From Patellaria atrata CBS 101060 (Eukaryota): a stretch of DNA of 64,000 nt. A model generated the notes under the pieces. That model saw only the letters and a program-made list of their open reading frames with translations. It was not told the origin of the DNA and ran no database searches. Location: positions 580,004-644,003 of the forward strand of contig MU006096.1 of NCBI GenBank assembly GCA_010093705.1, read 5' to 3'. A program made the position numbers and the translations under genes. Every line of letters begins with the position of its first letter. Position 1 is the first letter of the stretch. Positions 24,961 through 38,029 of this stretch are shown in pieces.

Positions 24961-26631
24961 CCCCTCTGGGTCCTGTACACTTTAAGGTGTAAAATATCTG
25001 TACCACTGAATGTAAATAATCAAGGGCAGTATCGAGCTCTTATAGAACTAACCCACACGAGCGTTCCGGACAAATATGTCCCCTTTCATCGACTCGGTAT
25101 CACTTCTAATGTATGCACAGAATTCCTGGATGGATCTAGAGTACTAGAAATACGGATGAGGTGTTCAAGATTCTTCCTATTTTACAGGTCGTAAGCGAAC
25201 GAGTTCCAAACAACCCTAAGCGACACATATTTCTGGGAATTCCAGAAGGCCCGAGGAGAGATCAGCCGAATCTATTAAAGTTTCGAAACGCACAACCATA
25301 ATTCCTGTCAATGACGGGGTCTAAATCGGCTCCGCTTCTGATCCTTAGGGGAAACAAAGGCCATCCCATACGGACGGTGCGATAATTTACCTGCAGTGCA
25401 TCATCAATGCACGATTCTTGTACGCCATCGACCCCAAAATACCGTGCATAGAATAAGTGCATTCGCCGGAATTCCCTTAAAGATGGATCGGAAGGAGTAC
25501 ATTGCCGTAGATGAGACGAACCTGTCGTCACAGTTAGTAGGTTTGGCAATACCTATGTTCTAAATATAGCAATTTCCTGGTAGGTGATTGGAGAAAACAC
25601 AGGATTCCACGAATCTATAATGCAATCTATCTACCCTCATATACAGTGATGGATACAATGCCTGATCACTGAACACACGAGACTGGAGCGACAACCTATT
25701 TTGGTGAGGTTGAAGCAAAAGTGTGGCGAGGTAAGCGAATGGTCAGGCTCAGGTATACAGAGTAGCAAGGATTGCTTCAATTGGATTGCGAGAGCCCTCC
25801 AGACGAGAATCTCTTCCGTTCGATCAGTAAGCACGGGGTAAGATAGCCACGCTTTCAAGAGGATTCAGTATCGATCAAGGTTTCTGATGACGACCAATTC
25901 TTTTGCTTCAAAACTGTGGCTACCTACAAGCATGTGGTTTCGTCCTCCGTAAGATTCTTGTTTGACCTTGTATAGGCTCAAGCATTTCGTCGTACAATCA
26001 GTGCTGTGCAAAGTCACTCCAGTTACTCCAGTTATTTCAGAATTAGCTGACATCGCTGACATGAGACGCAGCTGGCTCCATTAAGCTCAGCCATGCCTGC
26101 AATTCAAAGGTCGCAGCCAACGGGAGCTTTGCTGACATACATGCCTCAGAACTTAATCCTCACCTCCTATCACTGCATTCACTACCATCATTGGTGAATG
26201 CTGGAGTCTAAAAATTAATCGCACCTTTTTCGGTTTTCGACACCACTTCAGCCCTACATGGATCCTGGCTTCTTATTTCTAGATTTGCACCTACCGCCGT
26301 CTTTGGGATCTCTCCACCGCATGATCGACCATATGCGTGGAGAAAAGGATAGGATAATGGTAGGATAATGATAAGTCTAGATAAAAGTTACGATGGATGC
26401 CTTAATTATACCATTCACTCTTCAGTATTCCTTTTACAATTGACTTTGGGTTCTTCTCTTATCCTATAACCGCACTACCTTCAGCATTGATACCATTATA
26501 TTTCTACTTACAATCAGCGGAGTCTATTGTTTATAGTCATTGCTTTCCTGGTATTCCAACATAATCCATTTGTGCTTGCCACGTTCCTTATATTTCAATT
26601 TAGCGTAGATCGAAAGCAAATCACCGATACC

Positions 26632-27739
26632 ATGGTATACAAGGATATTGACATCCCTTTACGTATGATTCCTGACTCAGAATCTGATAGCTGCTCTAAT
26701 ACTCGTTATAGCGGCGTTCATTGCCATCGACTGGACACTCATGACTCTCGCTGTCATCTTCATCATCTTACGACTCACATTACGGAAGCGCCAATCCCAC
26801 CGTCCCACCTTTTCTACCAACCTCTCCGACTTCTTCATCATCCTCTCTTGGCTCTCCGGCATCGTCCTGATTAGCATCAACACCTGGAAAAATAATCTCC
26901 GCTACAAGTACGTCAACCACGAACCCAAATCCGACCTCTACTACATGGTTCCGCGCGACCAATCCTCCCATCTCCTCTACGTCTCCTGGATATCCCTCTT
27001 CTTCATCTACATCAGCCTCTGGGCCGCCAAAGCCGCCTTCCTCGCCTTCTACCACAGCCTCTTCCACCTCCAGGGCCGCAAATTCACCATCGTCCTCGTC
27101 TGCGCCTCCGTCTTCACATTCCTCACCTTCCTCCTGCACATGCTCCTCCTGACGCTCTGGTGCGCCCCGATTTCTTCAAATTGGAATATCGACGGCAAGC
27201 TCTGCTCCGCCGTCCACTCCATCGACTCCGTCACCATATCCACCTTCACCAACATCGCTACCGATGTCATCATCCTGCTCATCCCTGTCTCCACGCTCGC
27301 CGGCATGAGCCTCACCAAGACGGACTATTCCAGCCTTCTGTTCGTGTTTCTGATGGGCGGGATATCGATCGTCGCGGCGTTGGCGCGGTTCGTCACGCTT
27401 AAGCTCGTGCAACACGTCCCGAAGGCTAATATTACTCACACGATTGATGTGTGGGCTCTCGTGGAGATCGTGGCGAGCATTTTGGCGGTGTGTTTGCCGA
27501 GTTTGAGGGTTTTCGTTAGGGGGAGGAGGGCCGTCGTCATGGTGGGGAGCAGGGGTGGGGAGAGTGTGAGGAGTGGGAGTGAGGGGTCTGAGAGTTTGGA
27601 AAAGGGATGTCCGGTGAAGGGATTTGTGGAGAAGAGTCGGGTGAGAATTGGTGTTGAGGAGGGGATTAGGGGAGGGGATGGTCGGGACCAGGGGTATTTA
27701 CGGACTCTACCAGAGTTTAACAGGGACGGGGAGTGGTAA
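26632..27739 (+). CDS. PTH11-like / fungal rhodopsin-domain integral membrane protein (no CFEM domain)
   Basis: About 7 hydrophobic segments, 'SD.F', 'LW.AK.AFL.FY', 'C.PIS.NW', 'NI.TD..IL.IP', 'WA.VE..AV..LP.LR'. Probable first exon from ATG 26632, intron ~26663-26711. Confidence 0.82.
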
Positions 27740-28198
27740 TCTCAGAAAATGATGATCTCCTCCTGGGTTCATACCAATCGTTACTTAGAAGGGATTTAGG
27801 GGCTACACCGATCCCAGCGGTAATTGTTTGAGAACGGGCAGGCTGATGATGATTCCGATTCTTCCAGTCCAGTTTACAACGACTTCCGAAACCAAGTCTA
27901 TAAATTGTAAGATTAACGGCGGGGAGGAGACAACGAGTTACGGAGCCAAACGATTCTATCATTATATCTCCCCCAATACCTTTTTCATGTAATCCGGGCT
28001 CAAATAACTTTTACCTCCAAGTTCCCACAACAATCCCCATTGCCATCTCTCACCCTTTTCACGCACTTCTCCACGCCCTCACTTCTCTACACAAACGTTC
28101 ACGCACTACACCCCCTTCCCCACCCCCTCCTCCTCACACACAAAAACATCCGAAACCTCATTCCCACCCAACGTAACACTATCCCCCTCTCCCCCCTT

Positions 28199-28865
28199 CT
28201 ACGTCCTCTCCTCCAACACGATCTCCTCCTTATCAACAGCCGTGTACGCACCCCTCGGACTCAGACTCAAACTCGCACTTATCTTCCGCCCGTGCTCCTT
28301 CACCCTAACAATGCGGGAAGGGGTGGAGGGCGCCAGCGTGGTGGACGTGGAGGCGGAGATTGAGCGGGTGGATGACTTTGGGAGCAAAGGCGAGGTTTGC
28401 GTCGTTTTGGTGGAGAGTCCAGGGAGGGAAGTGCTGGAGGGATTCGGGTGCGTGAAGAGGGTTAGCGTCGAGGGCGGTATTATGGGGAGGGTGGCTTTTT
28501 CGAGCATGAGGCGANNNNNNNNNNNNNNNNNNNNNNNNNNNNNNNNNNNNNNNNNNNNNNNNNNNNNNNNNNNNNNNNNNNNNNNNNNNNNNNNNNNNNN
28601 NNNNNNNNNNNNNNGGGGGTGTTTAAATAGCAAAAGGACGATCACTCACTGTTCCGCGGACAAGCCCTCGAAACAGATGTCCTCCTTCCGGAAATCGGTC
28701 GGACGGGACTAGGCGCAGGTCAGACTTTCTTGTTTCGGCATGCACGATTACGGAGGTGCGGCGTACGATTTGAAGGGGCCGTTCGTGCGGGCTCTCGTTG
28801 CTGCAGTAGAGGATGCGGAGGAGGGTCCGTTTTAGATGGTGGAGACCCATTGTTGGTGGGGGCAA
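28199..28865 (-). CDS. Hypothetical Ser/Thr/Pro-rich protein interrupted by an assembly gap
   Basis: Open frames on both sides of the 100-N gap, a possible GTGAGT donor near 28649 and coding-like composition. No recognisable domain. Confidence 0.35.
28515..28614. other. Assembly gap (100 N)
   Basis: Run of N. Confidence 1.
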
Positions 28866-28936
28866 TGAGTGTGTGAAGTTTGCTTTAGTGCTTTATAATG
28901 AATGGACGAAAGGGGGTTGGAAAGTATAGAGAGATG

Positions 28937-28959
28937 GAGAGAGAGAGAGAGAGAGAGAG
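28937..28959. repeat. (GA)n microsatellite
   Basis: About 11 GA dinucleotides. Confidence 0.9.
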
Positions 28960-29837
28960 AATGACGGGAATAGCACACGCTTCGCTGAATGCTCCCTTCA
29001 AACAAAAAAAAACAACTGAACGTATAGACACACTTTTTAAGGTTGCTGGGAGAGTGAGGAGATTTCTAGATAAACTACCTCGGGATTTGCCGAGTAGGAA
29101 AGACTGAGGAGTGAAAGAAATTGGTTTCATTGTTCCCTTTTTAGAGAGACCGGTAATTGCTATGAACCGTTCCCTAGGAGATTAAAGATTCCATTGCGAG
29201 AGAAAAAAAAGAAAGCTTGACCACGTGAGAGTTAATTACATTCCTTCTTTTCTCCTTCTTGACGAGGCATGTTTCGGATTGACGTTTCCCGCGCAATATG
29301 TGGACAATTTGATGTATGTTTTCTCTTACTGTCATACAATATTATGCATGTAATGATGTTCTAAAAGAAAGATACTTAACTCGGCGAAAATCAATATGTG
29401 AATAGTATTATGGGATAGAACCATCGGAGGTAGTTTGGAGAGAATTACGTATGGATTTTGGGTACGACAAGCTTTCTGACTACTGTACTACGTTCCCTTG
29501 CATGTGCCACGCATTCCTACTGTTTCTCAGTTCTCACTGGAAACGTACTACGAATCATTTATAGAAAGATGGCAATTGGGGTTCTGCAAACCGTAACCTA
29601 TGGAGTCGGCATCGGACGACCGTTGGAGGTAAAAGTTCAAAGAGGATTCTAATCAACATATGAACCATGGATATTGAATATTTACAAGAAGACCTGAACA
29701 CGGTTTTGACGCGTTCAGGTGCGGTATTAGATCTGCCTTACTGTTGGAGATGATGACACGCGCAAATGTGCGACGTCGGATGGCACATCACCCCAAGTGG
29801 GAGGGAGAGGCTAGGAACAAAGGGACGTCGACATAAA

Positions 29838-31362
29838 CTACTTCGGGTAGTCTTTGATGTGATAACTCTTCAACTTGGAGAATTGGTCGAATCCAAATTT
29901 ACTGAGCGTCTGTCCTTTGCCAGAATTCTTCCAACCTACCCAGGCTAGGTCCTGTGTCGATGTCAGTATGAACCTCCTCTCTGCACGGTTATAGTACGTA
30001 CTGCACTCGGGAAGTCACAGCGGTTGACAAAGACAGTGCCTGCTTCAACGTCATCTACCAAGTCGTATCCCTTCTCGACGTCCTTCGTCCATATACTAGC
30101 AGTAAGGCCGTACTCGCTGTCGTTCATCAACGCTAAAGCCTCTTTGTCATCTTTCACCTTCATGATCGGAATGACAGGGCCAAAGGTTTCCTCCGTCATT
30201 ACGAGCATGTCATGCGTGACATCCGTCAGCAAGGTTGGGGCGACATAGTTGCCATCAGCAGGCGGAGACTTGAACGACTCATTCTCAGGAGTCACATCTT
30301 TGGCACCCTTGTCTAAAGCATCCTTGATATGAGATGCTATCGTTTCTGCCGACCGTTTGGAGACTACCGGTCCTAGATTCGTCTTGGGGTCGAAAGGATC
30401 CCCGAGCTTATAACCTTTCAATATGTTCTGCACGGCGTTTACAAATTTGTCGTGGATGCTTTCGTCGACGTAAACCCGTTCAATGCTGCAGCAGCTCTGT
30501 CCGGAGTTGAAGACGGCGCCATCGACTATCTCTTCAGCTGCCCAGTCGATATCAACATCCGACCTGATGTATGCTGGATCTTTGCCACCAAGTTCAAGGC
30601 CGACCCCAACCGCCACTCTATCACTAGCAGCACTCTGCACAGCTAGACCTCCTGCCGTCGATCCTGTGAAGCATATCAAGCGGATCTCAGGAGAGCGTAT
30701 GACACTCTCGATCTGGGTGAATGCTCCACTATGGAAATATTGGATGACGTTGTCAGGAAGACCAGCTTCGGAGAATATCTGCTGGACATGCTCAACGATG
30801 GTGGGTGTTTGCGGGGAAGGTTTGAGGATCACAGAATTGCCAGACAAAAGGGCGGGTACAAGCGAGTTCACGAGGATGAGATACGGATACTTGGTGGGAG
30901 AAGTCTTAGTTTAGAACAGACAAGGACATGGACATGAAATGAACATATGAGCCTTACATTCCAAGCGAAAAGGATGAGGACGGGTCCGAGTGGCACCTTC
31001 CTGACAAATCTCTTGAATCCCTTTTCGGGTTCTCCTTCGGTGTCCTTGAGAGATTGATCACTGATTTTGACGAGGTATTCGCCTCGGGCAATTGCAGTAC
31101 TGATCTCCTTTGCTGTGTAGGCGATGGGCCGACCCATCTGCTCTGTCAGCTCCTTTGCGAGAGCATCCTTGCGCTCATCGAGAATCTTCAATGCCTTTGA
31201 TACAATTGCCTTCCGTTCGGCTAAGGATGTCTTGCGGAAGGATTGAAAGGCTTCAAGAGCAGTGGCGGGAAGGGCTTGCAGGCCCGAGTCAGACAAGCCA
31301 TTGCGGGTGAGGATGGGTTTGTTGGTGATAGGCGAGATGGTGGTCAAAGTCTCAAGAGACAT
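29838..31362 (-). CDS. NAD(P)-dependent aldehyde dehydrogenase
   Basis: 'AWN(YP)', 'LKPSPQTP', 'FTGS', 'LELGGKDP', catalytic 'NSGQSCCSIERV', 'EETFGPV', 'YGLTASIWT'. Three exons; the last ends 'KSYHIKDYPK*'. Confidence 0.93.
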
Positions 31363-34300
31363 GCTGCTTAAAGATACGAATTGGCGAGGCCACAGTCAGC
31401 GGGGGATAAATGCGGACTGTTTAGATTACTCTGGGGTACTTGAACGCAAAAGAATTGGATACCGTAGGTTCTATGCAAGAATGCGTTGGTACTTGCTTGG
31501 ATGTAACTTAAATGAGATATCCGATGGGGTCGTGGTCTTTTGATCAGGAGTCTTAAGACCGTCTGATAATGCGTACAATTAAACTGGACCAGGCCAACTG
31601 CACAGGCGATTATTGTCAGGTCGTGTTTTTTGGTGAGGGGATGGGGAGTATGGTGGGACAATAGTGGAGTGTCGAGCTTAGGTTTAGGCGTTTTCGGGTG
31701 ATGAGCAATTGAGCAAACTGCTGATGGGAAGTTCGCAGAAACGGATATTGAGCATAGGACTACTGTATGCATGCCAAGTCATCCACCGGTTTTGCTCTTC
31801 AATTCAACTCCAAGGTCCGCACTTTTTACGCTTTTTTTTACGCTTTTACGCGTCGACTCTACGTACCTGGTGGAGAAGGAGGAGGAGGAGTAAACTTCCA
31901 ATTCCTAGCGGGTGTGCGGATGCGGATGCGGCGAGGTCAGAAAGTACCTTAGAGCTGTCTGGGTCTGTGACTGGCTCGTTGACAAAATGAGCAAGCAATA
32001 ATATGTGTGTGTTTGATGTCTTGATGGAGACTACGGAGTCGATGGAGTCGAGTTATTACAGTAGCTTGAATTTCGAATTCCTGATGCTTAACAGAGGTCT
32101 ATTATTGCATCACGAGCGACGCAACTCAAGCGCCCGCCACACCCAGTTCATCAAGCAGCACCTGGAAAACGACCAGCATCTCACCCCCTCAAACCTCAGG
32201 GCATCTCGTTACAATACCAGTAAGGTAACTTGTACAGTACACCTCAGTACCTCAATAGTTCTACAGTACAGGATAGTACATAGAACTATCGGAACCTCAC
32301 CCTGTTGTGCCCTGTGGATGTACTGTCGGGTAAGCCCAGGTACCCTACCCCCACCGTACAGTAAGTACTGTAGCGCCTGCCCACCACCTCCCACCATCAG
32401 ATCAGCTGTCAAAACTCAAAATGTCTCCAAGTCTCCACAGATGTTACAGTAGTCTCTCCTTTCTCATACTTGTTTTGATCGTAAGCCTGATCATTTCTGG
32501 AGATGTCGTTCAGCTTATCCTTGCGACGCCCTAGCCGTTATTGTTCTATGCAGCCACGGACCTTCAAGATGCGAGTTGGAATGGGAAGTTTGGGAACCCA
32601 TCTCGATGGGCTACGAACCTATGACATGCTTAATCCTATGCTGGTAACTTAGCAACAGAGTTTTGACATTGCGGCGCCACGTTTGGTAACGCCTGGATAG
32701 TTTGATACAGCACTACAGCAGCCCTCCATCACGGCACCTCGTGGTCTCCAGCCGATCAACTGCTGTCGACCAGCTCGCCGAGCTCAACGTCTTTTTCTGG
32801 TAGTCCGTTAAAAACGGGTTGATATACCTGTTAACCGTTTTGGGTTTCATCGAGCAGCTCAACAAGTCCGATATGATTTTGAAGGCCCGATTACTGACAT
32901 GACTCTACTCACTCCAGAGATGAGGAGCTTCAACTTGTTCAAGACTTCACACGAGCATTCCTCTGGCCCTGCACCGTCTTGCCTAAGACAATGGTCTCCT
33001 CGCTATGAGCGTTGAGAAACACGCGACAGAAACGGGTGCGATGTGCACTGAGCTTGTTTAGAGGACCAAACTTTTTGAAATTTCCCCAGTCTTCCACACC
33101 ATCTTCTAACTTTGATGTCTCGCGTGGTAGCGTATGGTAAGTGGCATAGCTGGGTCTTCATATTGCTCCCGTCAGGGGCATCCATCCATCAGCAGGACCT
33201 GTCTCTCTCAGACAACGCCCAGCCCACTCAAGCGCTGATGTTTCACTGCTGTCGTAATCTTTGTCGTTTACGGTCGCAACGTTTGTTTCAAACACCGTTT
33301 GTACTGTCTGTCAGCCTGTGGTGCTGCGCGTAAATCCTCCTTCAAAGATGATCCTCACATGCATTGAAGATTTACGTATCTCACAGGCATATTCCCAGAT
33401 ATACCATCACATCTCTCCGACGTCGTGAGTTACAAGCCTTGTGCAAGTTACCAATTCTACAAAGTTCGGGTTCGCGAGGAACCGCCAGAGCACATTAGAT
33501 CAACTGTCAAAGCTTCGAAGGAGTAGAGGAATTGAACTGAACACCGACCCGGATTCTGGATACCCATCCAAGGACTTTAGGTTTGAGCGAACGGGCGCCG
33601 AGTTCCGTATTCTTAGAATATTTGACAGCAGACTGGGAAGCTACCACATGCGAATGATGCCACTGAATGCAGTCAATAATTGTTGTCATCGAACCCTTGA
33701 ATATCCGGTCCTGGCGACTGGAGGTCCAGTATCCAAGGGAAGATGATGCAAAAATCAGAGAAAGAGAAAAAGATCGGCAGCGGCACCGACAAGAAGGTTG
33801 AGGTCGCCGAATATGGGGCTCTCTTTTAAACGGCCGAACATGTAAAAGATTTCGGTCATGTTAGCAATTGGTGTTGATACTAAAAATCACTGCTAGCGTG
33901 TTCTCAGAGGAACTAATGTCTTTGGACCTCTCACATCTCTCCGACATATTACTTTCAGCAGTCCGCCATGTTCGGCTGGACGAGTGAAGCTTTACAAATT
34001 ACGCAAGAACGGATTTGACGTTCAGAGGCGGAAGGTACCCATGTCTTCCCCGAGTCTTATCAGGCTCTGATATAACTAACTTCAGCGGATGAGGTTTAGC
34101 TAACCTCATTGTGAGAAACGCGCCAACGCCCCGGCTACCAGCCCCCGGAGCTGCATACAAGCTACCTTACCATTATGCTCTGATATTCGGCTTGCTCGAT
34201 TGAAGATAAACAGGCGCGTCTGAGCATTTCCATCGCTGCTGTACTCCGCAATCGCATTTTGCATGAGCTGGGTTGCGATTTGCGAGGAGCGGTCACAAGC

Positions 34301-36939
34301 GGTGGAAAGTGGATCCTACAATTACGCAGGATCTTGTGGACCAACGCCATGACCGCTGCAGAAGTGCAGAGGGGCTCGAAGGGGAGAGTTTTGAAAATTC
34401 TTAAACACTTTTTCGAATATATTGTGGCTTCACTGATTGGCTTTGCTTCTAGAATATCTACACAGGGATGTTTCAGATCAGAGGACTGGGGCAAGTTGTA
34501 CCAGCATAACATGCAGTTAGAATCCAATTGTGGACATTGTCTTGCTCCGTAAATCTGTACGAGGAAACTTTTGACTGAAGATCCTCGGCCTCCCCTCCCA
34601 GAACCCGCAAGGTCTGGGGAAAGAAACACGAAGAAGGCGGATCAACGACCGCCACAACCACTCGACATCCTTGGCACGCCGCATGTATGTACCTCAGCAA
34701 TCGTGCTTGAGGTTTCTGAAGCAATTCTCTGATTGGTACAGCGAAGAGAGGATTGGGGCGTCACGGAATCAAGGGCCCCGCTCCCGGATAGGCCTGGTTG
34801 CTGATCAAGGACGATTATCACGCTTGAACGAACTGAAGTACTTGAACTGTAAGTGTGAGCTGTAACTTACTGTATGTACTCATCATTTTTTAGGAGTCCC
34901 AACGATAAGTTTAGCAGATATTTCGGCCTCAAACATTTTGATATTTTAGTTGCTAATAATAATTATTATAAGACGGTCTAATTCTTAGTTTACGCAAAGA
35001 CTTCTTATATCTTCTGACTCGTTACTAATGTCTAGGCTCTTGCTGGTACTCATGCACCCCGTTGACGAAATTTCTTGGTGGTATACAGAGTAAAGGGAGA
35101 TTATTATACTGCCAGGTACCTTGGGAGCAGCCGCTGCCCTCAGCGTTACTGCATCCCTAGCTAATCGACACTACTGATGTCTGTAGGTGTTCTTACAACC
35201 CCTGATTTATTCTTACCTGTCACTGATCGCCGGAGGGTTGAGGGTTCAGGCCGGGTTAGAGTAAGCAATCTCTCCAAGTACATCAGCGTTCCTGCAGCGA
35301 GGCAGAAGGCGCCACTAAAGGAACTAAACATAAAAATGGAATGGAAGGCGTACTTGAGAAGAACGATGACTGGGACCTGAACGTTGAAGTTGCGGAACGA
35401 ACCGTACTGGCTTGCGGTACGAACATCATTATGCTCTTGATATTATCGTTGCCGATCATAGCTATTCCTGTGAAGCTAACATTCTAGAAAAGGGTTTAGA
35501 AAGAATGAAAGATGCATCTTCTCTATGACTTTTGTTGTCATGCGACATTAGCTTCAGATCGAGCATACCAGCATTACGTGACTGAAGGCAAAAAGTTGAT
35601 CACACCATGATCATTTTTGATGGCTGCGTCCTGTAAATTTCGATTGTCGCCAGCCCTTGCTCGGTTTGAACGTTTGCATCTCGAATATGAACTTACATCT
35701 CTGATCGGGCTGATGATCGGGGGACAGGTGATCCGACCAAGATCCGTCTTCCTTTCAAGTCATACCGAGCGCCTGATATAGGCCAGTATTATGACCAAGA
35801 AGCATTCCGCAAATATATCTTACTTTAACTTAGCAGCTATCTCTTCACGTGTAGGTTCATTAATATACCTACTTTTTGAGATATTCTTACATACCCATTT
35901 GGGTCCCAGCGCCTGGCTCTTATCAATTTAAGACTTCCATTTTGCGAAATGGCCATAGCACACCTACATAGTGCATAAGATAAAAGAGTATGTATTTGAG
36001 CCATTACTTTCGTTCTGAACGCAAATCGATTGGTTCGTTTCAGGGGGCGACCTATCAAGCGATGCGAATAATGCAATGATCTGGTCTTCCAGAAGAGCTG
36101 CCTACCTGCGAACCGGGGGTGAGATCCTCCAGGCATCGTAGTGGCAGTCCTCAAGGTGTCGTGATGCACAGAGACTTGGAAGCGCAGGGAGCAGTTAACA
36201 TGGTCATCATCAAGTGGTCGAGCTCAAGTCGCTCAACATCGCAGGAGGAGAGCTGACAGAAAGTTGACAACAGAGCAGGTTTAGTGTCTCTTCCGCCCCA
36301 TTGGTTTCCAATGCCTCCGACTACGGAAGCCTCTCGGGAATGGTGGCGGACTTTTTTTTTTTTTAACACCTCTGCTAGAGCAGTATGAACCATACTTCGC
36401 CCTTCTCCACGGCCGGCGAGGCTAGATGGTGAGGTAGACAGCGCAGGCTCGGCTCGTGATATGGAGATAGCGTGTGCAGAAACGGAGGATAGCATTATGC
36501 AGCCTGCAGTCCCGCGGTCTGCAGAAGGGCCTGCCCCGTCGTCCCCAGGTTTGAGTCGTAACTTAGTAAGTTAAGTTGGTAAGTAAGAGAGTGGTCCATG
36601 TTACTGGTTAGAATGGAAATGATGGTACTGGATACCTACGCACATACCGGCGACCGGTAAGATACCTAGTTCAGGTATCCCCAGAAAACAGCACGAGTAC
36701 TCTCGGGGAAGATTCTCAACCTACTAAAAAAGATAGCCAACGTGCGATATTGCAAGCCAATCAGATGACTAGTCAAGCTCTCACCAGACTCACCTGGAAA
36801 CTCGGGAGACATGGAGAACGTCTTTCCTCAATTCTCACTGTGGATGATCGCCAAGGGAATCGCCGCAGAAGCTGTTCGCAGCCTCGCAGACGCCAAAAGG
36901 TCCAAGTGTCAGAGATAGTCTGCTCGTGCAGTCGTTAGG

Positions 36940-36973
36940 TTGCTTGCCTGCCTGCTTGCTTGCTTGCTTGCTG
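36940..36973. repeat. Imperfect (TGCT/TGCC)n tetranucleotide repeat upstream of xlnR
   Basis: tgcttgcctgcctgcttgcttgcttgcttgctg. Confidence 0.8.
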
Positions 36974-38029
36974 CAGGCCTGCGCTCGACCCGTTCTGACA
37001 ACGGTCAATATGTGAGTTCTGCTATAGGACTGGGTTCGCACGAGCTCTCAATATCTGACTTTGATTGCATCCTTTCTACCCTTTCCACACCCCTCACGCC
37101 TTCACGACTTTCTAAAGCGCTCGATTCGGGTTGACCGGGCATACGACAAGCATGCGGCACTGACGATCCAGGGCTTGACGCCAATGTCATGCTGCGCTTG
37201 CCGTCCTGTTGATCTCGTTTACAAACCCCATGTGGGCATGATGTGGCTTTTCCTTGAGGAGGCCATGAGCAAAGCGTCTAGGTACAGTACAGCAGTACAG
37301 TACCTCTTTACCTGGAGGTCAGGAACTAGGAATAATGAAGGTTCTGACGCACGACGAAACTAGAGCACTAGACCCGGCAGATGGAACACCTGGAGAGGAC
37401 TAGGTAGGGGGGAAGGGGGGGAGAAAGAGGTGTTCATGGTTAGAAAGTTGAAGCCAGGAAAGGCCTTTGAAGTTCCCATCTAACGTGTGGAAGCCAGTTG
37501 CCAGCTCCGGTATTGATTTACTCCCGATACAGTAAAGAAGGGTTTGTAATTATGCTGGATTGCTGGAAGAAGTTTCGGGGATCATTCTTTTAGAGTCTTT
37601 TCACGCTTTTTCAACTTTCAGGACTGGCATGGTATGGCTTGACTGGGCACAGGTTGCTTTAGAAAAAGTTGCCTCTACCATTACTGGTATGGTGCTGGTA
37701 TACCCCGCGAACCCGACCTACGCTCTGTCGCTCTTAGCAGAAGTGGCCGTGATGGCGCCGTTTTGCATTATGATCTGGCTGCTTATATTATAGGTACCTG
37801 GTCACACCGCAAAATTTGCCAGGGGATTACTTCAAAGGCCTGACTGTTGGCATTTACATTTTTATATTCCTACTTCCTATGAATGACTTTCACAATTCCA
37901 TCCTTCTCAGCTGCTTCGAGTGAGATTCGGCAGACAACAGCTGTGGAAGATTTGTACCCAACAGATCTTTCTTCTGACCTTAATCGGTCACCGTTTGCCC
38001 GAGGCTCCACCAACCAGCATCACGAAACC

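Noticed and set aside
25211..25220. AACCCTAA as a telomerase template or interstitial telomere
   Set aside because: A single 8-mer is expected by chance in 64 kb, and there is no supporting structure or repeat.
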